Positions 1 to 10,056 are shown, numbered from the stretch's first letter. The stretch is 64,000 bases of DNA from Aestuariivita sp. (GCA_965215385.1 OZ244059.1:3499004-3563003), one strand, 5' to 3'. Program-made: numbers and translations. Notes: generated from the letters alone by a model not told the origin.

Positions 1-313
1 GCTGAGATGCATTGAGCACCTATTGGCATTGAACCGAGGACGCCTTGAAATTGTTAGCGGCACCTACAATTTATTGCCACAAGAACTACTCTTGTCGACC
101 TGTTGTGGGACGCGTTGCCTCTATATGTCAGCGCATCTCAAGCGCTTTGCAGACAATGGACGCACGTCACCACCGCGCTAAATTATGGGCTAAGATACTC
201 GGTCAAGCCAATCTTCGATTTCCGATGTGCCGCATTTTCGAACTACTCTTAAGGAATCGGACCAGCTATCAGAAGGAGACGGGGCCTGCGCTCCAACGAG
301 TATCTCGAAATCC

Positions 314-1098
314 TTAAATTGCTGGGTATAGTGATTTTAGTTTGATTCGCACCTGCTCGGTTGTGAAACGCCAATCGACGGATTTTGTTGCTTCGTTCCG
401 CCAGTTCTGCCAAGTCGTCACCTCACGGGTCATTGTCTCTCGGCCTCGGATCCGACGGGTCAGGCATTGTTTCGACAGGATCTTGCTTTCGATCTCAGCG
501 ATGTTCAACCAAGAGCCAGGTTTCGACGTATCGTGCACCTCAATTTGTCGTGCAATGCGAGACACTGCCGCTAGTTCATAACGATCATACCAAACCGAGA
601 GTTTGTGTGTGTTGAGACGTTATCCATCACCAAGACAATCTTCTTGTTGGGAAAGTAATCATCCACCAGTGCTTGCAACAACGCGGCAAAATCCTGACGC
701 GTCCGCCGGTTCGTGACTTTCACCGGCCGCCAACCTTCGAACGGTGCGCACACCATGAACAGATTAGCGGTACCGTTGCGCTCGTATTCGAACTGATAGA
801 TTGCCGGTTGACCGGGACGCACGGCCAGCGGCGTTCGCGTTTCCTTCGTCTGTTGCTTTGTGGTCTCATCCATACCAACCAGAACCGTGTCGGCGGCAAA
901 ATCCCGTTGGTAGACCGATACTGCATCCGCCATCGCAGCGACGAAGTCCGCATTGGCCTTAGGCGGCAGGCGGCAAGTCGGCTTTAGCCACGGTTTGATG
1001 TAGTTTTTTGTCGTGCACCGCACGGTTTCCTTCGAAATCGTTTCGACCACTTTGAGTTCGACTAACCGGTCGCCAAGCAATTCCAGTGTCCAAGTGGC
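314..1098 (-). pseudogene. IS630-family DDE transposase remnant (frameshifted, N-terminus missing)
   Basis: Minus-strand ORFs 571..1080 and 314..565 read as consecutive parts of one IS630-type transposase (WTLELLGDRLVEL..., ...VLVMDNVSTH, then ...SWLNIAEIE...). The frame changes at about 565-571. An in-frame stop at 1099..1101 removes the HTH part. The remnant abuts the IS110 leader at about 1153. Confidence 0.8.
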
Positions 1099-1152
1099 CT
1101 AACCCGCCGGCGGTTGTGAACCCGCCAACCTCATATGATCCTCCAACCAAAA

Positions 1153-1445
1153 ACAGAATCTAGGGGGATGTGGATAACTTTTTAGGGCGTTTTCTGTGGA
1201 TAACTTGCCCTTGAAGTCCGCTCCTTTTTGATTGATTTTTGGGGTTGGGATCGTACCGGATGCGGTTATCGGAAGCTGGCACGAAGCCGATGGCCATCGT
1301 CACGCTCGGGTGGCACTGAAGAACAACCTCGGATGTCATTAATCCGTTGGCTAGCAAAGCGAACCCGGCGTCCCAGCCGTCTTTCGGGGCCTGAATGGAT
1401 GCTCGGAACAAACCCGAATAATCCGTGAGGAAAGGAGCGGAAGAC
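1153..1445 (+). ncRNA. IS110-family 5-prime non-coding leader, candidate bridge (seek) RNA
   Basis: A roughly 290-bp ORF-free stretch lies directly upstream of the IS110 transposase ATG (1446). It aligns with the stretch upstream of the second IS110 copy (59140..59448, minus strand). Shared elements are ACAGAATC, two TGTGGATAA 9-mers 25-26 bp apart (1169..1177, 1195..1203) and CCTGAATGGA. The IS110 group is known to encode a bridge RNA at this position. No fold or covariance model was run. Confidence 0.3.
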
Positions 1446-1962
<517 letters not shown>

Positions 1963-2057
1963 ATCCGTGATCTGGGGACTTGCGACACGGGTGGCTCACG
2001 CGAAGAGCAATGCAAATTTGACCGAATCAATCAAGATCAAATCGGCGCGGTGCATCC

Positions 2058-2648
2058 CTAGAGGAGTAGGACTTGCGTTTCAATGGCTGTCAGTTCGAAT
2101 AGCGCGGCAATATGAGTATTATAGAGGCCAATACAGCCCGACGAACTCTGGCGACCAATTTTGCGTGTGTCGTGCGTACCGTGGATGAGATAAGCCGGCC
2201 AGCTGAGGTACATCGCGTGCGACCCAAGCGGATTATCAGGACCTGGCGGCATATAAGTGGGGAGCGAGGGGTCGCGTTTGCGCATATTTTCGGTGGGCGT
2301 CCAGGAAGGGCCAACGACTTTACGCACGACGCGGGTACGGCCCCGTCGAGTGAGTTCGTCGGTCATCGGAACCGAGGAGGGATAGAGGTGATAGGTGCCG
2401 TCAGGCCCCCAATAATGCAAGGCTCGACTCTCAATGTCACATAAAATGCATCCCCTCCCGATCTGGTCGAAGTGATCGCGCCAATTGCGTTTGCGAAAAT
2501 AGGACGTATTGCGCGTTCGACGCGGGCGAGAGACGGCAGGTACCTCCGAACTCGCGTTTTCGGTTTCAGCGCGAAGCGCTACCGGCACCGCCAGTACCGC
2601 TGCGGTCCCAAACAATATGGATCGCCGTCGCAATACTTTCTTGACCAT
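2058..2648 (-). CDS. L,D-transpeptidase (YkuD family), exported
   Basis: The catalytic tail ...LIHGTHDTRKIGRQSSSGCIGL carries the His/Cys motif. The N-terminal signal MVKKVLRRRSILFGTAAVLAVPVALRA is twin-arginine-like. Confidence 0.8.
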   Translation of the reverse strand: MVKKVLRRRSILFGTAAVLAVPVALRAETENASSEVPAVSRPRRTRNTSYFRKRNWRDHFDQIGRGCILCDIESRALHYWGPDGTYHLYPSSVPMTDELTRRGRTRVVRKVVGPSWTPTENMRKRDPSLPTYMPPGPDNPLGSHAMYLSWPAYLIHGTHDTRKIGRQSSSGCIGLYNTHIAALFELTAIETQVLLL

Positions 2649-2769
2649 GATTGTGTCCGCTTATTAATGTCTTTCGATGCTTTGCCAAACGCATTGAAGT
2701 GACCAACTTTGGCGACTCAAAGACGAATGGGAACAACCGCAGCAGGGGCTTTACCCAAATCTTTGGCAC

Positions 2770-4269
2770 TTAGTCCATAACGGGTATGGTAAACTCGCCG
2801 CCTTCCTTAATACCAGATGGCCAGCGCGACGTTACGGTTTTGGTGCGGGTATAGAACCGGAATGCATCAGGTCCGTGTTGATTTAGATCACCGAATACCG
2901 ATTTCTTCCAGCCGCCGAAGGTGTGATACGCTAGGGGTACTGGGATTGGGACATTAACGCCAACCATTCCAACATTGACCCGATCGACGAAATCCCTAGC
3001 GGTGTCACCATCACGGGTAAAGATCGCAACGCCGTTGCCGAACTCATGATCAATGGCGAGAGATAACGCTTGTTCATAGGAACTCGTGCGCACCGTTGAA
3101 AGCACGGGGCCGAAGATTTCGGTTCGGTAAATTTCCATCTCCGCGGTGACATGATCAAACAAGTGTGGACCAACGAAAAATCCGTTTTCGTAACCTTGCA
3201 GCTTAAAGTTTCGACCATCAACAACCAGTTCGGCACCCTGGTCAAGCCCGGTTTGTACCAACCTTTCGATGTTTTCTTTTGCCGCCGCAGTGATGACGGG
3301 ACCGTAGTCAACATCGTCGCCAGCGGTATAAGGTCCGACTTTGAGTTTATCGATACGAGGGATGAGTTTCGCAACCAGTTTGTCAGCAGTTTCCTGACCA
3401 ACGGGTACGGCCACCGATATCGCCATACATCGCTCACCGGCAGCACCATAGCCAGCACCAACCAGTGCGTCTGCGGCTTGGTCTAAATCCGCGTCCGGCA
3501 TCACGATCATGTGATTCTTGGCACCACCAAAACACTGGACGCGTTTTCCAGCCTTAGCCGATTCGGCATAGATATATTGCGCAATCGGCGTTGAGCCGAC
3601 AAATCCGATAGATTGGATGTCTGGGTGCTGGAGGATTGCATCGACACACTCCTTATCACCGTTGAGAACTTGCAGCACCCCGTTGGGAGCCCCCGCTTGT
3701 TCCATGAGTTCCGCGAGTATCAGTGGCACTGAGGGGTCACGCTCTGATGGTTTAAGAATAAAGGCGTTGCCGCAGGCGAGGGCTGGTGCAAACATCCACA
3801 TCGGAATCATTGCGGGGAAATTAAACGGCGTAATTCCGGCCGTGACACCTAAGGGCTGTCGCATTGAGAAAATATCTATGCTCGGTCCCGCTGAATTGGT
3901 AAAATCGCCCTTAAGCATTTCGGGTGCACCGATACAGTACTCGACCACTTCTAAACCGCGTTGCACGTCACCGGCCGCGTCGGGAAGTGTTTTGCCATGT
4001 TCTCGTGATAAGTTTGTGGCCAGCGAGTTCATGTTGTCTTGTAGCAGTGTGACAAACTTCATCAAGACTCGGGCACGACGCTGTGGATTTACTGCCGCCC
4101 AACCGACTTGTGCCTCGCGTGCAATTTCGACGGCGCGATTGACTTCCGTAGAATTTGCGAGTGGCACCCGTGCCTGAACCTCCCCGGTCGCAGGGTTCAT
4201 AACGTCGGCAAATCTGCCGGAGGTCCCGTCGACACGGGAGCCGTTAAGAAAGTGAGAAAGTTCGTACAT
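2770..4269 (-). CDS. mmsA: Methylmalonate-semialdehyde dehydrogenase (CoA-acylating)
   Basis: A 499-aa aldehyde-dehydrogenase ORF. The N-terminus MYELSHFLNG...VMNPATGEV, the catalytic Cys context GAAGERCMAISV and the length are typical of MmsA. Confidence 0.85.
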   Translation of the reverse strand: MYELSHFLNGSRVDGTSGRFADVMNPATGEVQARVPLANSTEVNRAVEIAREAQVGWAAVNPQRRARVLMKFVTLLQDNMNSLATNLSREHGKTLPDAAGDVQRGLEVVEYCIGAPEMLKGDFTNSAGPSIDIFSMRQPLGVTAGITPFNFPAMIPMWMFAPALACGNAFILKPSERDPSVPLILAELMEQAGAPNGVLQVLNGDKECVDAILQHPDIQSIGFVGSTPIAQYIYAESAKAGKRVQCFGGAKNHMIVMPDADLDQAADALVGAGYGAAGERCMAISVAVPVGQETADKLVAKLIPRIDKLKVGPYTAGDDVDYGPVITAAAKENIERLVQTGLDQGAELVVDGRNFKLQGYENGFFVGPHLFDHVTAEMEIYRTEIFGPVLSTVRTSSYEQALSLAIDHEFGNGVAIFTRDGDTARDFVDRVNVGMVGVNVPIPVPLAYHTFGGWKKSVFGDLNQHGPDAFRFYTRTKTVTSRWPSGIKEGGEFTIPVMD

Positions 4270-4690
4270 CGTCAGCCTCCTAACGGTTGTTGATTGCGGC
4301 CCCGAATCGAGGGCTAGAAATTGCCTCCGGAAATCTCATAAGCAACGCCATATGCCGAGGGAATATCTGCGGCATTATAGGGGAATTCGTAACTAACACG
4401 ACGGTAAATTAAACCAACTTGTTTCGAAAATAAATAGGGCTTGGAGGGGTTTGGTTCTCATATGGTGTCGGCCGAATTTTTGAAGTCGTTGATATGACTA
4501 GATAATTTTAGATCGGATTTTACGGCTCGCGCCGATTTCGCCGGCTTTCGCGAAACGTTACCCGGTCGCGCCAAATTTTTCCCGATTCGGCGGTTTTAGC
4601 CAAGACTATTTGCTGTTGTGGCGGGTGTGGTAGCGTGCGCCAAAATTCACCCTAAACGTCTTTGATCAAAGACCAGAAAGGAGCCCTCTG

Positions 4691-5092
4691 ATGTCGGTCA
4701 TGCCACACGCAACCGATCTTGCCAAGTCAAAAACGCCACTGGACGGCGACCCGTCACCCGAGCAACGCCTGGTGGCAGCGGGTCACAAGTTTGTCGAGCT
4801 GGCCGAAGACGTTGGTCTATCCGCCGATATCGCGGTTCGCGATCTGATGTTTGGCGTCGCTCGGGCGGTGCTACCGCCGGCGTTTGCGGCTGTTGACGAC
4901 CACGGGCCGTCGCTGACGGTCGCCGGGAAGTCGTATCACCGAGTAGCGGTCACGCGTGGCGAGGCGATGACGATGTTGGGACCGGTCGAGTTTGAGCGGT
5001 CACGTTATCGCCCGTCGGGCAAAGGTGCGGCGATCATTCCGGCCGACAGTACCCGCGGACTGACGACCGGTGGCATGACGCCGCTGGTATGA
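4691..5092 (+). CDS. ISKra4-like transposase, orfA part
   Basis: A 133-aa ORF whose stop overlaps the orfB start (ATGA at 5089..5092). orfB is in the -1 frame. The same arrangement is kept in copy 2. Confidence 0.6.
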   Translation: MSVMPHATDLAKSKTPLDGDPSPEQRLVAAGHKFVELAEDVGLSADIAVRDLMFGVARAVLPPAFAAVDDHGPSLTVAGKSYHRVAVTRGEAMTMLGPVEFERSRYRPSGKGAAIIPADSTRGLTTGGMTPLV

Positions 5093-6117
5093 TACTGGCG
5101 ACGGCCGGACTCTCTCTGTCTCTGATGAGTGGTCTCACGGCGCGTGAAAGCGCCGAAGCGTGGCGCCAGTTCGGCGGTCAGGGCCCTGCTACCGCTTCGC
5201 TGATCCGGCTTTCAGCTGCGGTCGGGAGTGAACTGGCGGCGGGTTCCAATGCGTTGCTCGCAACGGTTGGGGAACGCGCGGCCTTACCGGCGGGAACCGC
5301 GTCGCTGCTGGTCTCACTTGACGGCGTCATGATGCGGATGCCGGCTGCAACGGTCGGTGACATCGACCTTGATGCCGGGTGGCGTGCGGCCGCTGACGGG
5401 GTTGTGGGCTTTGTCGATGCCGCTGGCAACCGGCTGGATGCCGGTTGTTTTGGGCAACGGCCGGCGGCGGGTAAAGAGACTTTGCCGGCGCCGTTAAGCG
5501 CCGAATTATGCCACCGGCTCACGGTTGACCCGAACCTTAAGGTCGTGGCGGTCGCTGATGGGGCACCGGATAATTGGACGTTTCTGGAAGCTTTGTGCCC
5601 CGATCGGGTGCTATTGGATTATTGGCATGCGGCGCCACATCTGAAAGCGGCGGCGGATGCGGCCTTTGGCCAAGCGACGGCGGCAGGAACGGCGTGGTTT
5701 GCGAAATGGCGGCATCCGTTACGCCACGACGCCAACGGCGCGGCCAAGGTCATTGCTGCGTTGCGGTATCTCCTAAGCAACGGAACGGCGGGCACCCAGC
5801 TCCGTCGCGAACTCGGGTGCTTTCGTCACAACCGCCATCGGATGGATGATGCGGCGGCGGCCGCCGGGTATGCCATCGGCTCGGGTGCGGTTGCAGCCGC
5901 CAACAAAGTTTTAGTCACGACGCGGATGAAGCGTTCCGGTCAGAGTTGGCGGCGGGACGGCGGTCAAGGGGTTCTGAGCATCCGCGCCCTAGCCAAGTCT
6001 GGTCGCTTTGATCGGGCTTGGGAAGACTTGGTGCCACGCCGCAATTGCCAAGGTAACTGGGTTCCCAAAGTGCCGGCCAATGATAATCGTGCGATTCGCT
6101 TGGCATTGATCGCATAA
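5089..6117 (+). CDS. ISKra4-like DDE transposase, orfB part
   Basis: The motif block VADGAPDNWTFLE...LLDYWHAAPHL resembles the DGA..W / LD.YH...HL signature of ISKra4-type transposases. Family assignment is by eye only. Confidence 0.55.
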   Translation: MILATAGLSLSLMSGLTARESAEAWRQFGGQGPATASLIRLSAAVGSELAAGSNALLATVGERAALPAGTASLLVSLDGVMMRMPAATVGDIDLDAGWRAAADGVVGFVDAAGNRLDAGCFGQRPAAGKETLPAPLSAELCHRLTVDPNLKVVAVADGAPDNWTFLEALCPDRVLLDYWHAAPHLKAAADAAFGQATAAGTAWFAKWRHPLRHDANGAAKVIAALRYLLSNGTAGTQLRRELGCFRHNRHRMDDAAAAAGYAIGSGAVAAANKVLVTTRMKRSGQSWRRDGGQGVLSIRALAKSGRFDRAWEDLVPRRNCQGNWVPKVPANDNRAIRLALIA

Positions 6118-6193
6118 AGGCGCAAGATATAGTACACCATACAAGACCCGCACCCTTTACACAAAGGTCCATGACCTGATCCCGTTAGTCGCC

Positions 6194-7014
6194 GTGGAGG
6201 AGTCAGGGTGCAATCCAGAACTTTTCAGAGACTGGCTGTCGTCGACAGCGATTAGTTGCACTGGTTTGATCGCAAATTCACGACATACGTCGGAAGTTCT
6301 AGGAAAGTACCTAGAAACCAATAGCATCAACACACAACTAAAGTTAGTACCTTTGGCGCAATCAGGTTTTTGTGACCCTAGTCCGAGGCAATCTGCTAAG
6401 GTTGTAGGTGAACCAAGGCTTGCCCCGAACTCAGATATCAGCAAACTCGTAAATGAATTCAACCAAAAAGATATAGTGCGTACGGCTGCCAAGCTGCCAT
6501 TCGTTTTGTGTGTCGGAACCATTGAAGGGCGAAAGAACTGCTGGAGAATCGCTCAGGCCTGGGCTCAGTTGGCGTTGATACCAAATGTGGAACTGCCACG
6601 GCTGGTATCTGCAGGAAAGTATGGGGGGTTAACTAAAGATTTCCTTAAAGCGTACACCGCGATGGGTGGTTGGGGCGGCTGGGTGCTTATTATTGAGCGA
6701 CCCAGTGATGACGAACTCGATTTCTTGTGCCGCCGTTGCGCCTTTATAATTACGGCCAGTCTCTACGAGGGTGGGGGCTAACAATCGGAGAGAGCCTGAG
6801 CTACGGCAAGACAGCAGTGGTTTCGGATTTGACAGCAATGCTCGATGTCGGAGGAGATCTAGTAGAATATTGCGATCCGTATTCGATCGCTTCAATTGCA
6901 GCTTCGGTTAAGCGGCTCGTGAGAAACCAGAGCGTAAGAAAGAACTCGAAGAACGGATTTCCCGCGCCAAATTATGACAGTGGTCAGATGTGGGGCGCGA
7001 TCTTGCAAGGGTAA
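6194..7014 (+). pseudogene. GT1/GT4-family glycosyltransferase, C-terminal part, frameshifted and 5-prime-truncated by the IS
   Basis: ORF 6194..6781 (...FVLCVGTIEGRKN..., ...ASLYEGGG) and ORF 6727..7014 (EGWGLTIGESLSYGKTAVVSD...) together form a glycos_transf_1 domain split by a frameshift near 6770. The gene body starts directly at the IS right end. Confidence 0.7.
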
Positions 7015-7117
7015 TCAGACACAATACTTGAGGGTCTATGTTTATCCCCAGCACAGCGCAAAAAAGCACCAAATTATGACGAAGATGGTCTGACAAGAAA
7101 GTGATTTCTAATGTAGA

Positions 7118-7573
7118 TCACACACTCTGCAAAAAATCCTCAAGAGGAATTGGTGGCGTTGATATTTTCACCAAAGCAACACGAAGTTGATTGATATATC
7201 CGTTGCTGGTTTTTCCGCTGATATTCTGGATGCCGCAATGGGCAGGATTTTCCTTTGTCATTTTTGACAAAACCTCAAACATTATACAGCCTGCGTCATC
7301 CCGCTGGCTGCTGACCTCACTACAGTTCAACTGCGTAGAATGAGCTAATTCTCTCTTAATAGAAGTACCGTTAGCTCGCCGTGCTTGTTTAGCTGCTATC
7401 TTTCGTTCAACGGCAGTATCAATCATATCAAGGCGCGAGACGCTTATGTACGACCTACCTCCCTTTAAATCTTCTTTGCGAAATGCTGATGTATTCAATT
7501 GATTCCCGCAAAAATCATCTGGATGCCAAACCAAACGATGCAGATTGATGTTTTTTCTCAAAGGTTTTGACAC
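7118..7573 (-). CDS. Hypothetical protein (151 aa), downstream partner of the coupled pair
   Basis: The GTG start lies 1 nt after the TAG stop of the upstream ORF. The region is AT-rich. No recognisable motif. Confidence 0.55.
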   Translation of the reverse strand: MSKPLRKNINLHRLVWHPDDFCGNQLNTSAFRKEDLKGGRSYISVSRLDMIDTAVERKIAAKQARRANGTSIKRELAHSTQLNCSEVSSQRDDAGCIMFEVLSKMTKENPAHCGIQNISGKTSNGYINQLRVALVKISTPPIPLEDFLQSV

Positions 7574-7574
7574 G

Positions 7575-8069
7575 CTAACTTCTGAGTAACTTCAATAAGC
7601 GTGGGTTGAAAGGCTGATCAACAAAATTTTCGTCGGCACTCGCTGAATCTCCATTTTCGATTGATATAAAGAACGAATAGGTTCCGTCATTGTAGACGGT
7701 TAGGTCAGCACTCACCGAATTATCGAACCAAGAAAAGGAAAAAGTGCCCTCGAAATCCAAACCAACCATTGGTTTTCGTGCAATTTTTGCTGCTGCTATC
7801 TTTGTAAGCATTGCCTGAGCGTAGCGTACTGCATCGGCGTCCGGCGCAAGGCTTCCCGGTCCCTTCCATCCGTCTTGTCGGTTGCCGAGTTCCTCAATTT
7901 TGTTTTTTAAATCTATGTACCAACCGGAGGGTTTTTCGTCATCGCCTCGAATTAACTCATCAAGTTCATCAAAACCAATTAAGGTTGATAATTTCCCTTT
8001 TTTTATTTCGGGGTCAAAAGAAAGTGTCATTGTGCAGGTTGGGATCGTATTATTTGAGGTTGCTTCCAT
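7575..8069 (-). CDS. Hypothetical acidic protein (164 aa)
   Basis: Complete ORF in the AT-rich cassette. It is acidic and has no signal peptide. Family not recognised. Confidence 0.55.
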   Translation of the reverse strand: MEATSNNTIPTCTMTLSFDPEIKKGKLSTLIGFDELDELIRGDDEKPSGWYIDLKNKIEELGNRQDGWKGPGSLAPDADAVRYAQAMLTKIAAAKIARKPMVGLDFEGTFSFSWFDNSVSADLTVYNDGTYSFFISIENGDSASADENFVDQPFNPRLLKLLRS

Positions 8070-8295
8070 AACTTTCTCCTGAGTAAATTATTCAAGGGGG
8101 TGAGTCACTTTTTGATAGCTTAGCAAGTTCCACGCATTGCGGAACCCGAGAATATTAAGCTTTTTGTTGTTTTTGCTGATTTATCAGTCCGATGAGAGAA
8201 TAGCCCTCAACCAGAGATCCGAAAAACCAATCCATTGGGTGTTTCACAAGCTTTTGGAGCAGCACTAACTAAACAAATTGTCATACACCCAGCAT

Positions 8296-9135
8296 TCAAG
8301 AGAAATATCGAATCCCAAGGTTGTCAAGATACCGACAGATAGTGGACGCATCAATCGCCTCGCCAACATGAAAATCAGTAGATGATCTTGTATTGAAGCC
8401 CAATGGGTAACGCTGCGTTCGAGACTGCATTCCACATATTTTTCCATCAACATCAAATAAGGGCCCACCGCTTTGACCTCGTAAACCAGGTGAATCTAGT
8501 TCGATAAATCTTGCGCAAGATCCATCGTTCATAATTTCTTTTCGGATGCGACCTACAAGCCCACTATTCACAAATAAAGTTGGATGCATATTTAGAACAA
8601 ACTCATTATCTCTTATTTCTGTCGCGAGCAAAGCCTCCAGAAGAGGATAACCAGTACGACATAACATTTCGCCAGCTTTCACCTCAGTCTCACGGAATAT
8701 AGGAGGAGTATAGTCATCAGGAATTATTAAATTCGTAATTTTGTATGATGCAATATCCACATATTTGGAAAGATTAAACGACTCAACGTTGGCTTTTGGT
8801 TGTCCCCATGCGACAGCAGCTCCTTTTATGGTGCCTCTATTTCTTAGCATATGAACTGGACGATTTCCCTTTTTTCTTTTGATGTTACGTTTTGTTCTCG
8901 ATTTTTCTAATTCGTAGGATGTAGCATTCTTCAAAATATCAAACATTCCTTCAACGACGTGTTTGCACGTCAAAACCCAGCCGTCCCGATTAATAAGTAT
9001 CCCCGCACTAATTACATTCTTGATTTCGGATACTTTCTTCCCTTTTTGAGGGTAAGTTTCAAAAGCCCCAGCAATACAAATTACTTGGCTAGAAGTTTTT
9101 TCAGTTGCCTCAGAAAACATGAAAATTCTTTCCAT
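8296..9135 (-). CDS. Trypsin-like (S1/chymotrypsin fold) serine protease without signal peptide
   Basis: The triad contexts are present: VLTCKHVV (His), YVDIASYK (Asp) and LRGQSGGPLFD (Ser). The N-terminus MERIFMFSEATEK... has no hydrophobic leader. Confidence 0.75.
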   Translation of the reverse strand: MERIFMFSEATEKTSSQVICIAGAFETYPQKGKKVSEIKNVISAGILINRDGWVLTCKHVVEGMFDILKNATSYELEKSRTKRNIKRKKGNRPVHMLRNRGTIKGAAVAWGQPKANVESFNLSKYVDIASYKITNLIIPDDYTPPIFRETEVKAGEMLCRTGYPLLEALLATEIRDNEFVLNMHPTLFVNSGLVGRIRKEIMNDGSCARFIELDSPGLRGQSGGPLFDVDGKICGMQSRTQRYPLGFNTRSSTDFHVGEAIDASTICRYLDNLGIRYFS

Positions 9136-9450
9136 ATTTTTGGTTTGTTTAATGAAAACTGTCGGAGTGATGCGGACATAAATTCGCTTTATTATTGAGC
9201 GATTTTTCGGAATTCGATGTGACAGGTGAACTCGCTAATAGTCACAATTTAGGAGTTCCATTACTTTCCATAGAACTTTCGTTGCTCCAGATGTGATTCA
9301 GAGGAAACATCCATTTTGCTGAGTTGTATATTTCGGTCACTATCAAATCGCAGAAGTTAGCGAAGCAAATATATTTACCTCGCCTAAATAGCACGGTTGA
9401 CAGACTAATGGAGCACAAGGCAAGAGCATTCAGATACGCGTTTATTGAAG

Positions 9451-10056
9451 CCCGCTTTCAACACTGAGGTGCAACAATAGGCATTTTTGCACCCGCCTTT
9501 AGTGTTCTTCTGAACTGGTGAGCAGCCGCCGGGGTTATCAAGAATGGTTCGCTGTGTTGTCAGTGGTCAACAGCGGTCGCAATCTCTAACTGGGACTTTA
9601 GATCAGTCTAAGGTCAAGCGCAAGTAAAGTGCAATCCGATCTTTGCACCGGCACCTTGGCTGATCATGTCGACGGCTCGTCGTTACGCGATTGAACACTT
9701 TCGATAATGCGAGGGTTGAAGGCGGCGGCAGCCGCCTTTCCGTCTTGATCTGTCGGGCACCGATCGGCGCACTGCTGCTATTACGATACGAAGCAGCGGC
9801 AGATACCCCGATGCCGACTGGAACCGGGAATAGGCCAGGCTTGTTCGCGGCGGCCGGCGGACCCATACCCTTTCGACACTCCGCAGGTGCCCGCGTCCCT
9901 TCTTTCCGGCCATCAGGAACCGGGATTACCCAATTGTGCCCCGTGTTCTGACGCCAACCCGTGACGGATTGGCAGACAGAGAAACGATGTTTTTCCCAGT
10001 AGCCGATGATCAAGTCGATCATTATGCGGTCGCCATTTTGCGACGAGTATGAGCGT
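9451..10056 (-). repeat. IS30-linked conserved non-coding module, copy A
   Basis: It begins right after the IS30 transposase stop and ends at ...GTTGAAAGCGGG. It is homologous to 49769..50374 and 53549..54168. The ORFs predicted in it fall in different frames in each copy. Confidence 0.75.

Larger units (their letters stand above)
4453..6148 (+). mobile_element. ISKra4-like insertion sequence, copy 1
   Basis: A roughly 1.7-kb unit repeated at 30344..32051. Its imperfect terminal inverted repeats are GGTTCTCATATGGTGTC (4453..4469) and the reverse complement of ACACCATACAAGACC (6134..6148). It carries two overlapping transposase ORFs. Confidence 0.7.

Noticed and set aside
1169-1203. Perfect DnaA-box consensus 9-mers (TTATCCACA/TGTGGATAA) in pairs here and at 59388..59421, plus one at 57895..57903, suggesting a replication origin.
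   Set aside because: All copies sit in or at the ends of IS110 elements and are part of the alignable IS leader. There is no dnaA or dnaN, no AT-rich unwinding element and no other oriC context nearby.
2931-4177. Long ORFs antisense to or out of frame with mmsA (2931..3461, 3617..4177). Similar ones occur inside tkt, the P450, hsdM, hsdR, accC and the transposases.
   Set aside because: They are fully contained in strongly supported genes and have low-complexity, stop-avoiding composition. They are typical shadow ORFs.
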